Assembly: GCF_016592615.1 (NCBI RefSeq)
Contig: NZ_AP013043.1
Span: 480,001 to 512,000, forward strand
DNA length: 32,000 nucleotides
From: Isorropodon fossajaponicum endosymbiont JTNG4
GTDB taxonomy: Bacteria > Pseudomonadota > Gammaproteobacteria > PS1 > Pseudothioglobaceae
Reading direction: 5' to 3'
The first letter of the stretch is position 1; each line of letters starts with the position of its first letter. Below are positions 27,053 through 32,000 of the stretch, piece by piece. Position numbers and translations under genes: made by a program. The notes beneath the pieces were generated by a model that saw only the letters and a list, made by a program, of their open reading frames with translations, was not told the DNA's origin and made no database searches.

Positions 27053-28183
27053 ATGGAACAATTAAATACACTTTGGCTAAACACAGGCCTTTATCAAATG
27101 TCTTGGGGGCAAGGCTTAATGTTATTGGTTGGAATGCTACTTTTGTATTTAGCAATTATTAAAAATTTTGAGCCATTGTTATTATTACCCATTGGCTTTG
27201 GTTCGATTTTGGCCAATATCCCAGGTGCGGGTATTGCCGAAGGTAACGGTATTTTGCATATATTCTATGTGGTGGGTATTGAGTCCGGTGCATTTCCATT
27301 GATTATTTTTATGGGCGTGGGTGCATTGACTGACTTTGGTCCATTATTGGCTAACCCTAAGACATTATTACTCGGCGCAGCAGCGCAAATTGGTATTTTT
27401 GCAACTTTATTAGGCGCTATTGGTTTAACCGCAATAGGGATTTTTGATTTTAGCTTGACTGACGCTGCTGCTATTGGCATTATTGGTGCTGCTGATGGTC
27501 CAACCAGTATTTATGTTGCCTCAAAACTTGCGCCTGACTTGTTGGGTGCAATTGCGGTCGCCTCTTATTCTTACATGGCGTTAGTGCCACTTATTCAACC
27601 ACCAATTATGCGCGCCCTGACGACTGAAAAAGAACGTCAAATTGAAATGGTACAATTGCGCAAAGTCTCAAAAGCTGAAAAGATTATTTTTCCCATTATG
27701 TTGTTAATGCTAGTGGCCTTATTATTGCCTGATGCAGCACCACTACTGGGCATGTTTGCCTTTGGTAATTTAATGAAAGAGTCTGGCGTAGTTGACCGTT
27801 TGAGCGATACAACGCAAAATTCTTTGATTAATATTGTGACTATTTTTCTAGGTTTAGCAGTGGGCTCAAAACTGATGGCGGATAAATTCTTACAATTAGA
27901 GACTTTAGGTATTTTGCTTTTAGGCATGTTGGCTTTTGCTATTGGCACGGCTTGCGGGTTATTAATGGCAAAACTTATGAATGTATTTAGTAAAAATAAA
28001 ATCAACCCTCTGATTGGTTCTGCCGGTGTTTCTGCCGTACCTATGGCGGCCCGTGTTTCTAATAAAGTGGGTTTAGAAGCTAATCCACATAACTTTTTAT
28101 TAATGCATGCAATGGGTCCTAATGTTGCCGGTGTAATTGGCTCAGTGATTGTAGCAGGTATCATGATTCAGTTTTTAAGCTAG
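27053..28183 (+). CDS. oadB: Oxaloacetate decarboxylase beta subunit (Na+ pump)
   Basis: 376 aa, polytopic, OadB family. Context with oadG and oadA supports the call. Confidence 0.9.
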   Translation: MEQLNTLWLNTGLYQMSWGQGLMLLVGMLLLYLAIIKNFEPLLLLPIGFGSILANIPGAGIAEGNGILHIFYVVGIESGAFPLIIFMGVGALTDFGPLLANPKTLLLGAAAQIGIFATLLGAIGLTAIGIFDFSLTDAAAIGIIGAADGPTSIYVASKLAPDLLGAIAVASYSYMALVPLIQPPIMRALTTEKERQIEMVQLRKVSKAEKIIFPIMLLMLVALLLPDAAPLLGMFAFGNLMKESGVVDRLSDTTQNSLINIVTIFLGLAVGSKLMADKFLQLETLGILLLGMLAFAIGTACGLLMAKLMNVFSKNKINPLIGSAGVSAVPMAARVSNKVGLEANPHNFLLMHAMGPNVAGVIGSVIVAGIMIQFLS

Positions 28184-28192
28184 TTCATTTTC

Positions 28193-28564
28193 ATGAAAAG
28201 AACTTTTTTGAGTGCTAAATTGCACAGAGTAACAACAACTGCAGTTGAGTTGGACTATGAGGGTTCTTGCGAAATTGATGGTGTATTGTTAGATGCAGCA
28301 GGTATTGGTGCATTTGAACAAATTCAAATATACAATATTAATAATGGCAATCGTTTTACGACTTACACAATTCGTGGTAAGGATAATTCTGGTGTTATTT
28401 CGGTGAATGGTGCTGCTGCCTATAAAGTAAGTGTAGGCGATGTGTTAATTATTGCTGCATACGGCGTGTACACTGAAAAAGAACTTGAGAGTTATGCGCC
28501 TAGGTTGTGTTATGTTAATGATCAAAATATTTTAACTAAAATAAGCGCCAATATAAGTTCATGA
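28193..28564 (+). CDS. panD: Aspartate 1-decarboxylase (pyruvoyl-dependent)
   Basis: 123 aa. LSAKLHRVTTT...DYEGSCEID contains the Gly-Ser self-cleavage site. Confidence 0.92.
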   Translation: MKRTFLSAKLHRVTTTAVELDYEGSCEIDGVLLDAAGIGAFEQIQIYNINNGNRFTTYTIRGKDNSGVISVNGAAAYKVSVGDVLIIAAYGVYTEKELESYAPRLCYVNDQNILTKISANISS

Positions 28565-28775
28565 AACAGACCATTCAAAATATCATCCAAGGATTGGTTC
28601 TTAAAAAACTAGATGAGGATGATATGATGCGCTGATTTCGTCAGGACTGATTGATTCCGTTATTATTGTTGAGTTAATACTTGAAATAGAACAAAAATTA
28701 GGCTTATTAGTCGCTTTGGATGAAGTGACTGAACAAAATTTTGACAGTATCAACAAATTACACCAATATTTATTA
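28561..28775 (+). pseudogene. DltC-like aminoacyl/acyl carrier protein, frameshifted
   Basis: The ATG overlaps the panD stop. MKQTIQNIIQGLVLKKLDEDDMMR* is followed, in the next frame, by DALISSGLIDSVIIVELILEIEQKLGLLVALDEVTEQNFDSINKLHQYL. The GLIDS motif is the phosphopantetheine Ser motif. The 3' limit is approximate. Confidence 0.6.
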
Positions 28776-29227
28776 CACAATTCGTGGTCATGGCTGAGTT
28801 TTTCTTTATCTGTCAATCAAGTGTTTATGAATCAAGCATTATTGAGTTTTGATTTATCTATATTTGAACTAGTTAATGCACTTAAGTTTGGGTGTTAGTT
28901 TGGTTTTAATAGATAACAAAACCAGTCTTGACTGCGGTGTTATTTAAAACTAGATTTTTAGAGTATCGTTGTGATATCTGGGTCTCAACGCCTTCTTTTG
29001 CGTTTGGCTTTGACAAAACGTTTAATCGTGAAAATTTTCCTTATTTAACTTTGATGATTTTGTGTGGTGAAGTGTTACCGATTAAATTGGCTGACTTATT
29101 ACTTTCTCATTTTCCTAATTTACAATTGTTTAATACTTACGGGCCAACAGAGGCAACTGTTATAGTCAGCAGTATTCAAATTAATCAAGACATATTAAAT
29201 ACTTACAAGCAACTTCCTATTGGCAAA
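28776..29227 (+). pseudogene. DltA-type adenylating ligase (AMP-binding superfamily), central fragment only
   Basis: FMNQALLSFDLSIFEL, WVSTPSFAF, ILCGEVLPIKLA, FNTYGPTEATV and LPIGKPD are collinear with DltA residues about 165-300. The fragment is broken by TAG/TAA/TAG stops and a frame change near 28896-28925. The N-terminal P-loop part is missing, and the 3' end is cut by IS256 at 29228. Confidence 0.75.
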
Positions 29228-30584
29228 CCAGATTGTGTAAACCCTCATATTTTATAATCCCCGAAAAGGAGAAAAAACATGAGTAACACAATACCAAGAA
29301 ACAAAAAAAAGCAACTTAACAACACAGGCATCAACCAGAAAAAGCTCCGTGCTTTTGCTGATGAACTTGCCAAAGACATCCACACCCAAGATGATTTAGC
29401 AGATCTCGCTGCTTCACTGGTTAAAATGACCATTGAAGCAGCATTAGGTGCTGAGATGGAACATCATCTTGGTTATCCAAAATATGGGCAAAATAGCAGC
29501 GAGCTTAATACAGACAGCAATGCTCGTAATGGCTATTACCCTAAAACCGTCAAAGGCAATCATGGTGAAGTTGAACTTGCTATCCCAAGAGACCGCAGAG
29601 GTAGCTTTGAACCTTTAATTATTGAAAAAGGTCAAACGCCGATTGGGTGCTTTTGATAGTCAGATATTAAGCCTATATGCCAAAGGCATAGGTACCCGTG
29701 ACATCGTCTCAACCTTTAAAGAAATGTATGATGTAGACATCTCAGCAACATTGGTATCCAATGTCACTCAGCAGGCGGTTATCACCCAAGCGATTGAATG
29801 GCGTAATCGTCCACTTGATGAAATTTACCTATTGTCTATTTAGATGGTATTGTCATTAAAGTTAGGCAAGATAAGCAAATCATCAAAAAGACCATGTATA
29901 TCGCCTTAGGTGTGAACCTTGAAGGCAGAAAAGAATACTTGGGTCTGTGGTTATCAAAAAATGAATCTTCCAAGTTTTGGCTAGGCGTTCTTAATGATAT
30001 TAGTAATCGTGGCGTTAAAAACATTCTCATTGCCTCAGTCGATGGACTAACGGGCTTTCCTGAGGCAATTAATGCCGTGTTCCCCCAGACTGGTGTTCAA
30101 CGGTGTATTGTGCATATGGTTAGAAACTCCCTTAAATATGTGGGTTACAAAGACAGAAAGCAGGTTGCCAGTAGTCTTAAACAAATTTACCAGTCCATCA
30201 GTGAAGATGAGGCTTTACTCGCATTAGATGAGTTTGAACACCAGTGGGGTAAACAGTTCCCAAGCATTGCCAAATCATGGCGACGTCATTGGGATAATGT
30301 AGCAACAATATTTGCTTATCCTGAAGCCATTAGAAAGGCAGTCTATACCACCAATGCCATTGAATCCTTAAACTCAGTGATTCGTAAATCTATCAAGAAT
30401 AGAAAGATTTTTAATCACGATGATTCTGCTTTTAAAGTTGTCTTTTTGGCCATTGAAGCAGCCAGTAAGAAATGGACGATGCCAATTAGAAATTGGTCAC
30501 AAGCAGTGAATTAGTTTATAATCCTGCATGAGGATAGATTAAAGGATTATGTCTGATTTTTAACGAGGGCTTTACACAATCTGG
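29228..30584 (+). mobile_element. IS256-family insertion sequence (1357 bp)
   Basis: The terminal inverted repeats are CCAGATTGTGTAAACCCTC (29228-29246) and the reverse complement of 30565-30584, CCAGATTGTGTAAAGCCCTC. There is no target-site duplication (flanks TTGGCAAA vs TTTACAGG). Confidence 0.85.
29279..30514 (+). pseudogene. IS256-family (Mutator-type) transposase split into three ORFs by two frameshifts
   Basis: The three ORFs are 29279-29656, 29622-29843 and 29894-30514. Joined, they read as one typical transposase: ...FEPLIIEKGQ(T)RRLGAFDSQILSLYAKGIGTRDI...RPLDEIYPIVYLDGIVIKVR...VDGLTGFPEAI...CIVHMVRN...YTTNAIESLN. The frameshifts are an extra C at 29639-29640 and a missing C near 29829-29830. 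Confidence 0.85.
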
Positions 30585-30619
30585 TTTACAGGGTCTATTT
30601 TACGTAAAGCCTTGGCTTA

Positions 30620-31153
30620 TTAATGCAATACTGAGCTGGTTTTATTTTCAATAATAGCAGTGTTTGTCACACCTTTCAATACAAGCCCCCAATTTGTGCT
30701 AGGTAATATTTTAGCAATGAGTTCATATAAATTGTGCACCAATTCTTGATTGAGGTTAAGATTGATATTTTTACCATCAGCACTTGAAAAAACAATCAAA
30801 GTCATATTGCTATCATTTGTGTTAATACTTATTTTTGTTGTTAGCATGGGTATTTGCCCAACTGGAGATTCTTTTCCCTTATTAAAAGGCGTAATGTAAT
30901 CACTTTTTTCAATAATTTGTTGGTGTTGTATTTCTTGTTTGATTTTTTTAACTTCTGGTATTTCTGGCGTTCTTTGCATATCGTTGAGTGTTGGCTCAGA
31001 TTGTTGCATTGCTGGAACAAGAATTGTCCAAAAATCATTAACCAGCCGACGAGTGAGAAATAAGCAAATTTCCTCATCTGTGATGCTACCAACACGCAAA
31101 ATAATACGATCTTCTTCGGGCGAATAACTCATTTGTAATTGGTGTATTTGCAT
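30620..31153 (-). CDS. Hypothetical cytoplasmic protein, 177 aa, no recognisable family
   Basis: A long ORF in an AT-rich genome, on the same strand as lolD and 10 nt downstream of its stop. It has no signal peptide or TM segment, and no clear SD. Confidence 0.6.
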   Translation of the reverse strand: MQIHQLQMSYSPEEDRIILRVGSITDEEICLFLTRRLVNDFWTILVPAMQQSEPTLNDMQRTPEIPEVKKIKQEIQHQQIIEKSDYITPFNKGKESPVGQIPMLTTKISINTNDSNMTLIVFSSADGKNINLNLNQELVHNLYELIAKILPSTNWGLVLKGVTNTAIIENKTSSVLH

Positions 31154-31163
31154 GGTTTTACGT

Positions 31164-31844
31164 CTAGGTTAGAGGGATTAATACACCATGATTTAAGACA
31201 AGCGCTTTGTCCATTTTTGCAGCGATTTTTTCATCATGAGTAACAACAATTAGTGAACAATTTTGGGCACGATTAAGTGTTAGCATTAGATTGAGCACTT
31301 CATGAGCATTTTCAGCATCCAAATTTCCAGTGGGCTCATCTGCCAAAATACAACTAGGATTTGTAATTAAAGCCCTGGCGATAGCAACGCGTTGGCGCTC
31401 GCCACCAGAAAGCTCACTTGGTAAGTGGTTAAGGCGGTGCTCAAGCCCAATTTTTGAGAGTATTTTTTCAGCATTGGTTTGGGCAAATTGTTGATTTTTC
31501 CCTTGTATTCGCTCAGGCATTGCAACGTTATCAAGTGCGCTAAAATCATTCAATAGATGATGAAATTGATACACAAAACCTAGATATTTACCACGCAATA
31601 ATGTGGTGTCGTTTTCATTTAATAAGCCTAAATTGTTGCCATTGATGAGCACTTCGCCTTGAGTGGGTTTGTCGATACCACCTAGCAGATTAAGTAAAGT
31701 AGATTTACCACAGCCTGATTGTCCTAAGATCGCAATTGATTCACCTTGCTTAACGCTTAAGTTAAGGTTGTTAAGTATCGGCGTTTCTTGCTTGCCATCA
31801 AAGTAGCTGTAACTAAGACTATTACACTCAATAATTTTATTCAT
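31164..31844 (-). CDS. lolD: Lipoprotein-releasing system ATP-binding protein LolD
   Basis: 226 aa. Walker A GQSGCGKST, signature LSGGERQRVAIARAL, Walker B ILADEPTGNLD. Its ATG overlaps the stop of the upstream LolC/E-type permease (ATGA). Confidence 0.85.
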   Translation of the reverse strand: MNKIIECNSLSYSYFDGKQETPILNNLNLSVKQGESIAILGQSGCGKSTLLNLLGGIDKPTQGEVLINGNNLGLLNENDTTLLRGKYLGFVYQFHHLLNDFSALDNVAMPERIQGKNQQFAQTNAEKILSKIGLEHRLNHLPSELSGGERQRVAIARALITNPSCILADEPTGNLDAENAHEVLNLMLTLNRAQNCSLIVVTHDEKIAAKMDKALVLNHGVLIPLT

Positions 31845-32000
31845 GATTTAATACCTTGGCAATATCTATTTTTCCTGCGCGTTTGGCAGGAAAAATAGAG
31901 GCGATTATGACTAAAATAAAACTACCCAAGGCAACTTTTGCGATGTCTGTCATGTGTATTTCAGAAGGAAATCGAGTAATATAAAACACATCTTTTGGAA
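31841..32000 (-). CDS. LolC/LolE-type lipoprotein release permease, C-terminal end (partial)
   Basis: The minus-strand frame reads PKDVFYITRFPSEIHMTDIAKVALGSFILVIIASIFPAKRAGKIDIAKVLNHE*, the conserved FtsX-type last TM helix and C-terminal motif ending (PA.RA....A.VL..E). It runs off the window. Confidence 0.7.

Noticed and set aside
28601-28898. Track ORFs 28601-28816 (-) and 28716-28898 (+) as independent small genes
   Set aside because: The plus ORF is simply the open stretch of the fused carrier/ligase pseudogene. The minus ORF is its antisense.
1-32000. CRISPR arrays, tandem repeat arrays, defence islands, toxin-antitoxin pairs, prophage or integron structures
   Set aside because: Scanning both strands by eye showed no regularly spaced direct repeats and no small paired ORFs or defence-type domains. 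The only dispersed repeat is the IS256 segment pair. The only tandem repeat noticed is a trivial 9-nt duplication (CAACGCAAT x2, about 14719-14736) inside dsrL.

Overview
This is a 32-kb, AT-rich (about one-third G+C by eye) gammaproteobacterial chromosome segment from a sulfur oxidiser. Gene order and protein sequences resemble the SUP05/Thioglobus/bivalve-symbiont lineage, but that is inference I cannot verify here. The centre is a complete, canonical reverse-type dissimilatory sulfite reductase locus, dsrABEFHCMKLJOPNR (6658-19119, + strand). The flanking housekeeping genes are pabB, xerD, rplS, an orphan gltD, amiB-tsaE-yrbG, a DUF72-like ORF plus hemD, an HTH protein, metF, infA, tRNA-Leu(CAA), oadGAB, panD, lolD and the end of a lolC/E-type permease. 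There are two IS-scarred accessory patches. In 1501-3221, a dead IS3-family element abuts a 420-bp IS256-family fragment. In 28561-30584, a decayed carrier-protein/DltA-like ligase pair is start-stop coupled to panD and cut by a 1357-bp IS256-family element whose transposase carries two frameshifts. The two IS256 segments are 419/420 identical, inverted, share one frameshift, and bracket about 26 kb that includes the whole dsr locus. I found no intact multi-gene system that is clearly novel: no CRISPR array and no defence-like or toxin-antitoxin-like cassette. The best leads are the panD-coupled carrier/ligase remnant, an unrecognisable 177-aa protein with a possible internal duplication just downstream of lolD, and the IS architecture. 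Start codons were chosen from RBS and overlap context and are approximate where noted.
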